DNA of 64,000 bases from the human T2T-CHM13v2.0 reference genome, Homo sapiens: NCBI RefSeq assembly GCF_009914755.1, contig NC_060925.1, one strand, 5' to 3'. The position numbers and the translations under genes are program-made. Every line of letters begins with the position of its first letter. Within the stretch, counting starts at the first letter, position 1. This document shows, piece by piece, positions 29,344 to 45,810 of the stretch. Below the pieces are notes generated by a model, which saw only the letters and a list, made by a program, of their open reading frames with translations, was not told where the DNA came from and ran no database searches.

Positions 29344-30420
29344 TGCGAAGCATGTTCCAGTTTCAACTCTATCCCTACACAGAGTCCGCTCTGCTCTCTC
29401 TCCCTTCTCTGAAAAACAACAATTCCTGTTTATGACTAGAATTAATAAGCACTTCTGCCATTAAAAGGTCTATAGATCTTCCACCAAATTGTGGATTCCT
29501 TTCCAGCAAGAGGTGAGTATTTCATGTCTTGTGTAATCTTCAGAGTGCCTGGCAAACTGTAACCAAGCAATATGATAACTGTTGGGTGGCTGCATGGGTA
29601 TTGTTTTTGGTCCTAGAGTTCTCCCTGAAACATAATACATGTTTGGTAGGATGGAAACAAAATTTCTAATCAATGTTAGATTTGTTTCTTTTTTTCCAAG
29701 AAGAATGGAGAAGTAAATCATATTTTAAAATGGGATTGATTACTTGGACTCTCAGTGCAGAAAACACTGTTTTATATCTATTCATCTCAGAGGAATAAAG
29801 GGTGTGATACTTCTTAAGGTACTTCTTAAGATACTTTAAAGGAAAGTTTACATATATATACACATATACATATACATATACCCAAACTTAAACTCTTGAA
29901 ATAAAAGCACATGTCGGAGATTATATGCTGTATGCTGGATATCCATGAGGAAAATTTTCCCACAAACAACCTGGCATGGTTCAGTAACTAAATAACTACA
30001 TCCCCCGTACTGGTAACTAGCCCTATCTCAGGACTACTGTGTTCCTGGGTGCAAGATGGGTGTCTAGGCCTCCACCATCTTCAAAGCCTCAATTTCTATG
30101 TCCCTGGTTCTCTTAACAATGGAACAGTCGTAAAGCAGGGTAGCCTCTTGGTCCTACAAAGAGACAAGAGGAGGACTCAACTATTTCCAAAAAGACATCT
30201 TGTCTTGCATGCTATGTTTTGTCAACTGTCTTAAATACCTTTAATATCTAATAACACCACTTCCACTTGGTTCTCCCTCTCTGGACATGTGTCTTTGAAA
30301 TAAATCCTAGTTTCAGCACACACAAAAAAGACCTGTTTCCCAGGCTAGTCCCAGAAGATTCTATGGTAATTACAACAGGATCCCAAATCCAAGCCCTCTG
30401 AGTAACAGTCCATTCATTTC

Positions 30421-30728
<308 letters not shown>

Positions 30729-31344
30729 CCATTCATTTCTAAAAGAAGTCCTCTCTAGGGTCAAATATGGCAGCTGTTTAGCTGACACAGAGGAGTAATA
30801 CCAAAGAGTTCTCTTTTCTGTTTCCTTTCTTTTCCTCTTTTTCCTAATCTTCCAAAGGCCAAAGAGAATGAGAAGGAGCACTTGGGAAGGTAGATCTAAT
30901 ATAATCCTGCCTGGCTGTTCTACCCTCCTCAGTTCATGAGTATCATGATAATGGACAGCTCCTGGTTTAAATCATTGTTTTATTCCATCACCCCACCACT
31001 AGCAACCCCCAGTTAAGATTAGCTATAGAAACATAACACAAAGGGTGACTGAAGCGCCAGGTCTTTCAGTGTGTGAGGCCAGCAAGAGTCCAACAGCCCC
31101 TCAATGTCCCAGCTGACTCTTCTGATGATATGCTCAGAAATGTCTACAGAAGCTGAGCAGCTGCCAGCTCAACACACCCTGCCACACCTGCGCTATCGGT
31201 GGAATCAGAGAATGAGAAAGCTAGAAAGAAGCTTTAGAGAACTACGCTGGTTGAAACCCTCATATTACTGATGAGGACCATAAATCATTTAACTGAAATT
31301 AAACCAACAAATCAAACCACACATACCCACAAAATCTTTACATT

Positions 31345-31945
31345 TGTGACAAACTATATTTTCTAGAGGTGGCCACTCCAATACAGATTCCATCCCACAT
31401 GCTCTAACAATGTGATAATGACACTCCTTCATTGACAGGTGGGTCTCTCTGTTCTCTCCTCCTGAGCCTGGGTAGACCTTTGTAACTGTCTTGACCAACA
31501 GAATGTGACAGAATGATACCAGGTGACTTCTAAGACTACATCATACAAAGCAACACAGCTTCTGCTGGGCTCTCCCTCTCTGGACACGTGTCTTTGAAGC
31601 CCTGAGCTGCCAGATTAAACAGTCCGGCTTGCCTAAAGTCACCACGCTGGAGAGACCATCAGGGATGGAGAGGTGCTACAGAAACCCTAGCTATTCTAGT
31701 CCCCAGCCATTTGAGTCTTCCTAGCCCAGACTCATAAGTGAAGAAACCTTCAAGATGATTCCAATACCTCCTATCACTTGACTGCAACCTCGTGAAAGCC
31801 TAAGCCAGACCTGCACGGTGGAGCCATTCCTAAATTCTGGTCCCACAGAAACTGTGAAAGATAATAAATGATCATCATTGCTTTACATTGGGCTAATTTT
31901 TATTATCAGGGGTAACGTGTTACATAGCGATAGGCAACTAATACA
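31345..31945 (+). mobile_element. MLT1-family solo LTR (ERVL-MaLR)
   Basis: TG...taataCA termini, ttgaccaacagaatgtgacagaa motif, AATAAA at 31863; flanks acatt/agatt. Confidence 0.75.
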
Positions 31946-32907
31946 AGATTCATTACTAAAACCACTAAAAACTTTAACCTGTTAGTCACTATTAATTTAA
32001 GCAAACAAATAAGCAATCTTCCAATGATGCTTCCCCAATTTGCATGCCTCTCTATAACCTTACTCTGCCTTCATTTTAAGGCCTAGCTCTTATCACCATA
32101 TGTGATATGATTAGATAACACGATATAGGCTACGTTACTGAATATATGAGGAAAGGGCCTTTGTTTTGTTCACTATTATATCCCCAGCACCTAGAACAGC
32201 ACTTGACAACATATAGCAGGTGCTTGACAACCACTGGTTCAGTACAAGAATGTATCTGGAGATGATTGGGCTTAGTGTTCCTCCAAGGCTATTTGACCTC
32301 TCATCACCTGTTCTCCAGTTTGACTCAACGTCTCTTAATATATATTCACTGCACTGTTAAGTTTCTAACTCTCTAACTACTACTGACAAAACCATTAGGT
32401 GTTCTTCGTTCAAACCCACTAGAGGAACTACACCATCCCCTCCGTGATGCCAGCTCAGCATCCAGAGTAGAGCCAGTGATTTCCTTTGTCAACACACCTG
32501 CATGCCAAAAACCCTTCCCAGGAGGTCTCAAATATCAAATAAAAGTTACTCCATTTTTCATTCAAAGACCATGTGCCCAATGGGAAAATGACCTCATGTT
32601 GTGGTTTAAACAGCAACTGCACCCACTAGCACAGCCCATTGAGCTATCCTATATATACATCTCTGTCAGTGCCCCTCTGGGTCTAGATAATTACACTGAG
32701 TACACTGAAGTCCTTTCATTATTGCAGGCCCAACAAAAAGTACTGCCACTGGGCGAATATCAGAAAGCATGCATCAATGCACTTTCAAGTCAAATGAGAA
32801 CTGGCTAGTTAAGCAGCAGCATTAACAGATGTAGAGATTGTGCCAGCCAAATGCCTCTTGCCAATTATGGCCACACAGCTACGCCCAAATTAAAAATAAC
32901 CCAACAC

Positions 32908-33225
<318 letters not shown>

Positions 33226-33493
33226 TCATAACAGAATCCAAATGGGCATGGGAGGCTCCTTCTCTCCCTACAATATCACCCTACAGTCGCTACATAAATG
33301 CCCCTGTAAAGTGGCTCCTAAGTTATGTCATTAAAATGTTCACCTTTCCTTGGCAAAGTAGATCTCAACACAGGAGGAAAGAGAAATAAGCTAAAAAAAG
33401 AAATGTGGATTGTCTAGAAGTTACAAGGGAACAAAAAAGTAGAAATCCTCCGTGAGAGGATTTTGCAAAAACTGTAATTAAAGGAATCTAGAC

Positions 33494-33800
33494 CAGTGGT
33501 TGCCCGATAGAAATATAAGCCAAAAATGTAAGTTTTACTCTTCTAGTAACCATACTTTAAAAAGAAACAGGTAAAATTAATTTAAATGTTTTATTTAACT
33601 AAAAAGATCAAAAATATTATCATTTCAACATGTAATCAATATAAAAGTTAGTAATGAAATATTTTACATTCTTTTTCTTCCTGCTCAGTCTTTGAAATCA
33701 GTGTGTATTTTACACTGACCGTGCATCTACACTTGGGCCAGCACATTGCAGATGCTCAACAGCCACAAGAGACCAGTGGTTACCACATTGGAAAGCACAG
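33494..33800 (+). mobile_element. MER33 (hAT-Charlie)
   Basis: Matches MER33 as recalled (aaaatattatcatttcaacatgtaatcaatataaaa); 8-bp flanks atctagac/gtctagaa. Confidence 0.8.
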
Positions 33801-34844
33801 GTCTAGAATAATCCTAACTTCTTTTTTTGTAAAATACTGAAACATCCAAAGCACTCCAAGTTTTCTATTAGGGAGGCAAAATAACTATACTGTTAGAATC
33901 ATGGGCAACGATATCATAAATTCCTAAAATAAAACCACATAGGGCCGTTATTTCAAATTACATAAAACTTGTCTTCTAGAAGAATTCGACCAAATGCCAA
34001 AGTTCTTAAGATCTGCCCCACTTCCCAAACAAGGGAAACTGAAGACCTCGACCAGCACCAGGGCCTTCCGTCAGCTCCTGATACAGGAGGGGCTCCTGGA
34101 TTTTGTTTCCCCTTCATGACAATACAACATGGGACTGGGTTCCTCATTTGACTCGGTTCATTTAAAGAATGATCTCAAAGAAGAAAGGAAAATCAATGAC
34201 CCCTTTAGGAAATGTAGTCCAGGGTGGGGGTGGAGGAAGCATTTCAATGACAAAAGCCAAACCTCAGTCATAATGCAGATCCCTGTCTAACAGGTGATCA
34301 TTGTTTTTTTTTTCTATTACAGGCACTCTGGTCTCCCGCCTACCCCATGCAGGATGGCTATCCCCATGCAGAATGGCTGTGACTTTCAAGAGAGTCCCCC
34401 AAGGGAGGGTCCCAAGATCAGGGGCTGGTAATGGGCCCCACCACAAGGCTACGCTGCTGGCTTTTGTTTGGAACAATAGCGCTCCCATGATACCTCACTC
34501 TTGCTGACAATATTGGTAATACGGGAGCATGAACACAGCTGTGTGTAAATTACACACACAAACAGATTAGATCTGTATATTTATAAGGAATACAAACATA
34601 CTAATAGCTCATTTACATACACAGCTGGATACAATGGGCTGCATGCAGAGGGGAGTTTGAGTTCCAAAGTATTTCTCTAAAATTTTACAAAAAGAAATGC
34701 TCAGATTACTGCTAACCCAGGCTGAGACTTCTGCTCCCCCCACCCCCATGCAGTATGTCCCCCGAAATAGAGTCCTTTTCATCCTCGTTTGTGATATTTG
34801 AGATGCTATGAAGGAGAAACCTCAACAAGTGCTGTTAGATTTCA

Positions 34845-35158
34845 CTTTTATTATTATTTATTATTATTTTTAGAGACAGGGTCTTGCTCTGCCACCTAGG
34901 CTACAGTGGTATGATCACAGTTCACTGTAACGTGGAGCTTCCGGGCTCAAATGATCCTCCTGGCTCGGCCTCCCAAGTAGGTCAGACTACAGGTATGTGT
35001 CAGTTACCATGCCCAGCTAATTTTAAAAATATTTTTTTGTAGAGACGGGGTTCTCACTATGTTGCCCAGGCTTGGTCTTGAACTCTTGATTTCAAGCAAT
35101 CCTGCTGCCTCAGCCTCCCAAAGAGTTGGGATTATGGGCATGAGCCACTGTGCCCAGC
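34845..35158 (-). mobile_element. AluJ
   Basis: Diverged dimer. Confidence 0.85.
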
Positions 35159-36653
35159 CAGATCTCACTCCTGTAGGAAAAAAATCAATATAGGATAATT
35201 TTCAGTTAAAAAGATGTATATACATACGAAGAGGGAGACCTACTAAAACATCTGTTACAACAGCATATAGTAAGGCAGAATCTTTGCATTTTCAAAATGT
35301 TTTCATAAACTTTATTTGTTAGAGCAATTTCAGGTTCACAGCAAAACGGAACAGAAGGTATAGGGATTTCCCATATAGATGGGTCTCTGGATTTTTCAGC
35401 TAATTTTGAAAAATAGGGAAAAGAGCAATCAGCATTTTGTGCTCACTACAGTAAACCAGGAACACAGGCATCAGGAGAGCTGGGCTCTGTTTCAAAGGCC
35501 TGATTCTAGCAAGGCCTCACAGTTTACTTCCGGCTAGCCATGAACACTCTCTGCGCCTGAGGTTTTCGTGGAAAGACAGCATCACAAGTACTCAAATGTA
35601 GCGTTTAAAAGTACTAACTTTTAAAATGTTGAATGTTCCAGTAAAACAGTTAAAGAAAAAAAAAGGTAATAATCCAACTAAGTAAAAATATTAACTTATA
35701 CATATCTGGATAGATGATAAGCTCATTACAGGCCCTAATTTTATTATTTAAAATGTTTACAACAAAACTCTCTAATTGATATTCTCCCTCTCTCTCTCTT
35801 TTTGCCTTGATATGGTTTCTATAAACTCTTGGTTTAAAAAAGAAAAAAGGTCCATTTCTGAGGCTTGGGTTTACTGTACTTACAGTTCCACCAGTAAATC
35901 GTCTCCCAGTCTGGGCTGGAGAAGCGCTGGCCACGGTTTGATTGCTCCAGCCCCAGGTTGCCAGGCAACCCACACAAGGGGGAAGTCTGAGAACCGCTGA
36001 CAGATAGCCAAGTGGCTGAAACAACAGACTTCTCTCTGTCAAAAATGTGTTTGAGAGAGCCACTTGCCCACCTCTGCTCTCTGCTAAACACTACATGATT
36101 GTAAAATCAAAATCAAAAGGCCACTGTAATAAAAACACACTTCCTGCTCAATTACTAATTGTTCTAAAGCTGTGGGGAGGCCCAGATCCTACAGTGTATG
36201 GCAACAGAAATGCGATACTGTAAATGAGATAAAGCCAGCAGCATGCAAGAAACCTGATCTAAATGCATCTCCGTAGCTTCAAGTCAGGAGAGCTGGTGTG
36301 TGGAGGAATCAACTGCCTAAGAAAACACCAGGAAGAAAATAATGAATGTCAAGATGTTAAAGAAACAAACCAATCAATAACTACGAAGCTAGAGGTCAAG
36401 ACTACTTAGTAATAAAACCAAGAACATTCTCCATTGTTTTGAAACACAATCTGGAGGCAATGAAAGTTTTCTCCCTCAGATGGAAAGGAGGAGCAAGAAA
36501 GGTCAATGACCCTTGGGAACCACACCCCCTGGCGGTTCCAGGTGGATTCCCTGATACTTGACTGTAAATGGGATTACAGGAAATAGTAGCATCCTTAGGA
36601 TAATGCAGGACAATAACAGGTCTGAGAGTCTAATGCAACATTTAAAATACCTA

Positions 36654-36965
<312 letters not shown>

Positions 36966-37183
36966 CTATGGTGCATGTACCAAGCCAGTAACATTGTGCC
37001 CAACACCAACTCTATGCAGCATCCTTCCATGAAACCACTGTATTGAAACTGTCATCTTGGACTCTGGAAACTATTTGTAGTATGTGGAAGGGGCCAGCAC
37101 TGAGTGCACAGTTCTTTATCTCTTCTGTGCCATGGACCCTTTGGCAGTCTGGTAAAGCCTGACTCCTTCTAAAAATGGTTTAT

Positions 37184-37779
37184 GGCCAGGCACGGCTCAT
37201 GCCTGTAATCCTAGCACTTTGGGAGGCCGAGGCAGGCGGACATGAGGTTAGGAGATCGAGACCATCCTGGCCAATATGGTGAAACCCTGTCTCTACTAAA
37301 AATACAAACAATTAGCTGGGCGTGGTGGCGCATGCCTGTAATCCCAGCTACTCAGGAGGCTGAGGCAGGAGAATCACTTGAACCAGGGAGTCAGAGGTCG
37401 CAGTAAGCCGAGATCATGCCACTGAACTCCAGCCTGGCGACAGAGCGAGACTCCACCTAAAAAAAAAAAAAAAAAGGCTGGGCACGGTGGCTCCTGTCTG
37501 TAATCCCAGCACTTTGGGAGGCCGAGGCTGGCGGATCACCTAACGTCGAGTTTGAGACTAGCCTGGCCAACATGGTGAAACCTCGTCTCTACTAAAAATA
37601 CAAAAAAAAAAAAAAAATTAGCTGGGCATGGTGGTACATGCCTGTAGTCCCACCTACTTGGGGAGGCTGAGGCAGGAGAATCGCTTGAACCCAGGAGGCG
37701 GAAGTTGCAGTGAACCAAGACCATGCCACTGCACTCCAGCCTCGGTGACAGAGGGAGACTCCATCTCAAAAAAAAAAAA
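37184..37779 (+). mobile_element. Two head-to-tail AluS elements
   Basis: Second Alu starts at 37476, directly after the first poly-A. Confidence 0.88.
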
Positions 37780-38974
37780 TAGAAAGTATGCCAGAGTAAT
37801 ATAACTGCTCTATGAACACACTAAATAACAAGAGCTAGCAGAGGGTTTTCTTTAGCTCATGCAGGTTTTTTGTTTTTCGGGGGGGTGGGGGGGCTGTTTT
37901 GCTTTATTATGTGACCTCAGATGATAAACCCTTGGAGGGCAAGGACAGCAAGTTTTTCATCATTCAATTTCCAGTGCAATATGCAGCCCGGTTTCCTGCC
38001 CCAAGCTCCTAAGCTAGCCCTCGTCACACCACTAGCCCAGCTCCTATGGGGGCGTGGGTTTCCTTGACTCTCCCAGTGCCCAGAAGTGGGCCTGGCATAT
38101 AAGATGTGTAAGACCATAGTCCGCAAAATGGGATGTATGGACACAAAAGACATTTTTTTCCTATGTTCTCTTTCCAACAATCCATCAGCCTGAGAAGGCA
38201 CACGCTCCTGTGAGGGGATGCAGCCTCTCTTCTTCTATCCCCACCACTGCCCCCCTCTCACTTCACAAAGGCAGCCTCCTCTCCCCCGCTCCCATCTGGA
38301 AGGCTACCAGGCAGCACTGCCCCAGGGGCACTGAACAAGGGGACAATTTAAAACATTGACACTGGTGCTGACACAGTGCCTAGCTCTGAGGTCAGGATGA
38401 GAAAGACTCCACAAGTCAGACATTTTCTGATTCTCTGCTTTCAACAAAACACAAGGAGGTCCTAGTGGAAGTGTCATCTGATAGATTGCGGAAAGTCATA
38501 TCTGACGACAAATTATACTTTTGGCATTATTATGGAAAGAATTCAAATAACTGAGTGACACTGTAACAAAACTATCATTCCCATCTACTTACTCACGTAA
38601 ACAAGGTTTCTGGGCACTTACGTGTTTAAAAAAACCATACAATTTATTTCCAATAAATGTTAAGCAAAAATGAAAATTATATCAACATTTACATTATTTC
38701 GTTGTTTTCATCAACTGTGCTCTAATAATTATAATTTGAAAAAACATTTCTTCTATACTTAAGAGCTTTATTATTAAAGGAAATAACCATATGCCCGATT
38801 TCAATACACACACTTTTTGTTGCAGGGAAGTACTAAAGGTCAATCGGACACTGGACTTTCAAACATAAAATGTATCATCTTAGTATAAAGTCCCTGGGGA
38901 AGTAGAATGGAAATAAAAATTAAAGGGGGAAAAGGATAAGATGCAACATTGGACTGCTTTTAAAAAATGAACTT

Positions 38975-39276
38975 GTCGGGCATGGTGGCTCACACCTGTA
39001 ATCCCATCACTTTGGGAGGCTTAGGTGGGCAGATTACCTGAGGTCAGGAGTTCAAGACCAGCCTGGCCACCATGGCGAAATCCTGTCTCTACTAAACATA
39101 CAAAAATTAGCCAGGCATAGTGGCGCACGCCTGTAATCCCAGCTACTCAGGAGGCTGAAGCAGAATTGCTGGAACCTGGGAAGCAGACGTTGCACAGTGG
39201 ACCAAGATGGTGCCGCCACTGCAGTCCAGCCCAAGTGACAGAGCAAGACTCCATCTTAAAAAAAAAAAAAAAAAAA
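38975..39276 (+). mobile_element. AluS
   Basis: Full dimer with poly-A. Confidence 0.85.
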
Positions 39277-39300
39277 GCTTATTTTAAAAATAGATGATAG

Positions 39301-41807
<2,507 letters not shown>

Positions 41808-42555
41808 GATAATGGGTATAAATCACTATGGTATTTAAAATTCACTTGTAATATTTAAAAGAGTGAGGGAACAATTTTATTTTTAAATGTCAATGTTTGT
41901 AATTTTGGAAGTTACATCCTTATCATAAAAAAAGTCAATTTAAATTTGGGAGTGGGTATGCGCTTTCAGGCAAAATTCTTTTAGGGGCTTCATAGGGATA
42001 AAATATTTTTCTTAGCTTTGTATCTACCTAAAGGAAGACCCAGAAATTCTTTGGGGTACCAAGCATGCTTCCACATCTCAGCTATATTTAGTCTGGTTTT
42101 ACCTAACAGAAACAAACTAGGGTCACTGAAAACACTTTCTTGAACCAAGACAGGTTGCACCATGGAAGATCTTGCCGTATGTAACTGCTGTTCCACCAAG
42201 GTACAGACTTTTCTTCACTGGAATTCCAAAGCTGACTATAGCTCTGTTCAAGGACAGTAAAAAGCACAAATTCTTCAGTGTGCCAATTAAAGTGCTTGGC
42301 ACCTTCCATTCTGTCACTTCAGCCTGGACTCTCACATACCCACACCACACCCAAGCATCTGGACTCTTTTTTACTTATTTTATTTTTCAGCCATCATCTA
42401 CACATGTAGATGGGCCAGCCCCAACACCCAGTGGTTGAAGACAATAATCTTCATAAGCAGGAAATTACAGAGGTGATCTTGGTTCTGAACCAACTGCAGA
42501 AGAAGACAGATAGACAATCGTCTCCATCAGCAACCACCTGCGGCAGGAACCCCAC

Positions 42556-44526
42556 CTTTTTTTTTTTATGTTCGGGGATACATGGGCAGAACGTGCAGGT
42601 TTGTTACATAGTTTACACGTACCATGGTGGTTTGCTGCACCCATCAACCCATCATCTACATTAGGTATTTTTCCTAATGCTATCCCTCCCCTACCCGCCC
42701 CCACCCCCCAACAGGCCCTGGTGTGTGATGTTCCCCTCCCTGTGTCCATGTGTTCTCACTGTTCAACTCCCACTTACGAGTGAGAACATGTGGTGTTTGG
42801 TTTTCTGTCCTTGTGTTAGTTTTCACAGTGTCGACGGTCTTTACAATTTGGCATGTTTTTGCAGTGGCTGGCGCCTGTTGTTCCTTTCCATGTTTAGTGC
42901 TTCCTTCAGGAGCTCTTGTAAGGCAGGCCTAGTGGTGACAAAATCTCTCAGCATTTGCTTGTCTGTAAAGGATTTTATTTCTCTTTCGCTTATGAAGCTT
43001 AGTTTGGCTGGATATGAAATTCTGGGTTGAAAATTCTTTTAAGAATGTTGAATATTGGCCCCCACGGTCTTCTGGCTTGTAGGGTTTCTGCAGAGATCCG
43101 CTGATAGTCTGATATGGGCTTCCCTTTGTGGGTAACCCGACCTTTCTCTCTGGCTGCCCTAAACATTTTTTCTTTCATTTCAACCTTGGTGAATCTGAAG
43201 ATTACGTGTCTTGGGGTTACTCTTCTCATCTGATATGGGCTTCCCTTTGTGGGTAACCTGACCTTTCTCTCTGGCTGCCCTTAACATTTTTTCTTTCATT
43301 TCAACCTTGGTGAATCTGAAGATTATGTGTCTTGGGGTTGCTCTTCTCGAGGAGTATCTTTGTGGTGGTCTCTGTATTTCCTGAATTTGAATGCTGGCCT
43401 GTCTTGCTAAGTTGGGGAAATTCTCCTGGTTAATATCCCGAAGAGTGTTTTCCAACTTGGTTCCATTCTCTGTGTCACTTTCAGGCACACCAATCAAACG
43501 TAGGTTTGGTCTTTTCATAGTCCCATATTTCTTGGAGGCTTTGTTCATTTCTTTTCTTTTCTTTTTTTTAGAGTCTCGCTCTGTCGCCCAGGCTGGAGTG
43601 CTGTGGCGCCATCTCGGCTCACTGCAAGCTCCGCCTCCGGGTTCACGCCATTCTCCTGCCTCAGCCTCCCGAGTAGCTGGGACTACAGGCGCCCACTGCC
43701 ACACCGGGCTAATTTTTTTTTTTTGTATTTTTAGTAGAGACGGGGTTTCACCATGTTAGGCAGGATGGTCTCAATCTCCTGACCTCGTGATCCGCCCGCC
43801 TCGGCCTCCCAAAGTGCTGGGATTATAGGCGTGAGCCACTGTGCCGGGCCTGTTCATTTCTTTTCGTTCTTTTTTCTCTAATCTTGTCTTCACGCTTTAC
43901 TTCATTAAGCTGATCTTCAATCTCTGATACCCTTTCTTCTGCTTGATCAATTCGGCTATTGATACTTGTGTATGCTTCACAAAGTTCTCCTGCTGTTTTT
44001 TTTTTCAGCTCCATCAGATCATTTATGTTCTTCTCTAAACTGGTTATTCTAGTTAGCAGTTCCTCTAACCTTTTTTCAAGGTTCTTAGCTTCCTCGCATT
44101 GGGTTAGAACATGCTCCTTTAGCTCGGAGGAGTTTGTTATTACCCACTTTCTGAAGCCTACTTCTGTCAATTTGTCAAACTCATTCTCCATCCAGTTTTG
44201 TTCCCTTGCTGGCAAGGAGCTGTACTCCTTTGAAGGAGAAGAGGCGTTCTGGTTTTTGGAATTTTCAGACTTTTTGCCTTGTTTTTTCCTCATCTTCGTG
44301 GATGTGTCTACCTTTGGTCTTTGATGTTGGTGACCTTCAGATGGGGTTTCTGTGTGGACATCCTTTGTGTTGATGTTGATGGTATTCCTTTCTGTTTATT
44401 AGTTTTCCTTCTAACAGTCAGGCCCCTCTGCTGCAGGTCTGCTGGAGTTTTCTGGAGGTCCACTTCAGAACCTGTTTGCCTGGGTATCACCAGCAGAGGC
44501 TGCAGAACAGCAAAGGTTGCTGCCTG
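42556..44526 (-). mobile_element. L1PA element (approx. PA6-PA8): part of 5'UTR plus broken ORF1 fused to 3' end; ORF2 absent
   Basis: ORF1p-like peptides (ORFs 43823-44293, 43180-43704, 42999-43229); L1 3'UTR and poly-T at 42556-42820; TSD aggaaccccac at 42545-42555 and 44527-44537. Confidence 0.9.
43557..43850 (-). mobile_element. AluY nested in L1 ORF1
   Basis: TSD tgttcatttcttttc at 43542-43556 and 43851-43865. Confidence 0.9.
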
Positions 44527-45348
44527 AGGAACCCCACTTTTATGCAGAGGTAAAATCTACCAAGCATGTGGATTCTGAGGTTTCGTTTCAGCTCCAGTGG
44601 AGGCTGTGCTGTGTTGACCGTGTATGCAATGGACACAGAAGAATGAGTGTGCGGCACTTGCCTGCGTCTGCCACCCCACCTCCAGATCCAACTCGAGCCA
44701 GGCTCTGCCTGCTTCTCCGAATACATCCTGCACTCTCTGTGTCTCCTCACAGGGTAGTTCTGCTGTCTGGGGAGCCGATATTGGGTGTGATGATCTGACT
44801 TGGATTCCTGAGTACTCCACTCACCACTGCTGCGGCTCTGAACAAATTCCCTTACTATCTCATGCCTATGTCATGTCGTGCTCCTCTGTGTTTCCATCTT
44901 TCTGTGTGCCCCATGGAACTTCCCCATTCTGCCCAGCACTATGTTCTGGGCATCCAAGTCCACCACTGCCATTAGAACATCATCTTCTTGAGGTGGGGAG
45001 TTCCTGTCCAGGGCCACCTGGAGGCCTCTGCACACGACAGGCATTTAATAAATGTTTCTTCGATGACGTTTCCTATTATCAGTATCTGGGCCTTTCAGAG
45101 CCAGAAGGGGACTATTTAATTATTATTACTCTCATTTCTTAGTGAGAGGACCAATGACTCTCCCAAGGTACAGCAACTGGTCCAAGGCACAGACTCAACC
45201 AGAAAGCAGGTTTACCAACACTTTTGTCTTCTCAGCATAAATATTCTAAAGAAAATAATTACTATTGGGTGCATTTTCCACAGATAGATGAAGAGTTATC
45301 TGAAAAAAGTAGAAGTGAGGGAAGGGAATAAAAAGGGGGAAAAAAAAA

Positions 45349-45810
<462 letters not shown>

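Noticed and set aside
42999-44293. ORFs resembling L1 ORF1p
   Set aside because: Fragmented by frameshifts, a duplication and an AluY; a fossil, not a functional CDS.
44624-45142. 172-aa ATG ORF beside the L1 5' end
   Set aside because: Ser/Cys/Pro-rich, runs through repeat remnants, no domain.
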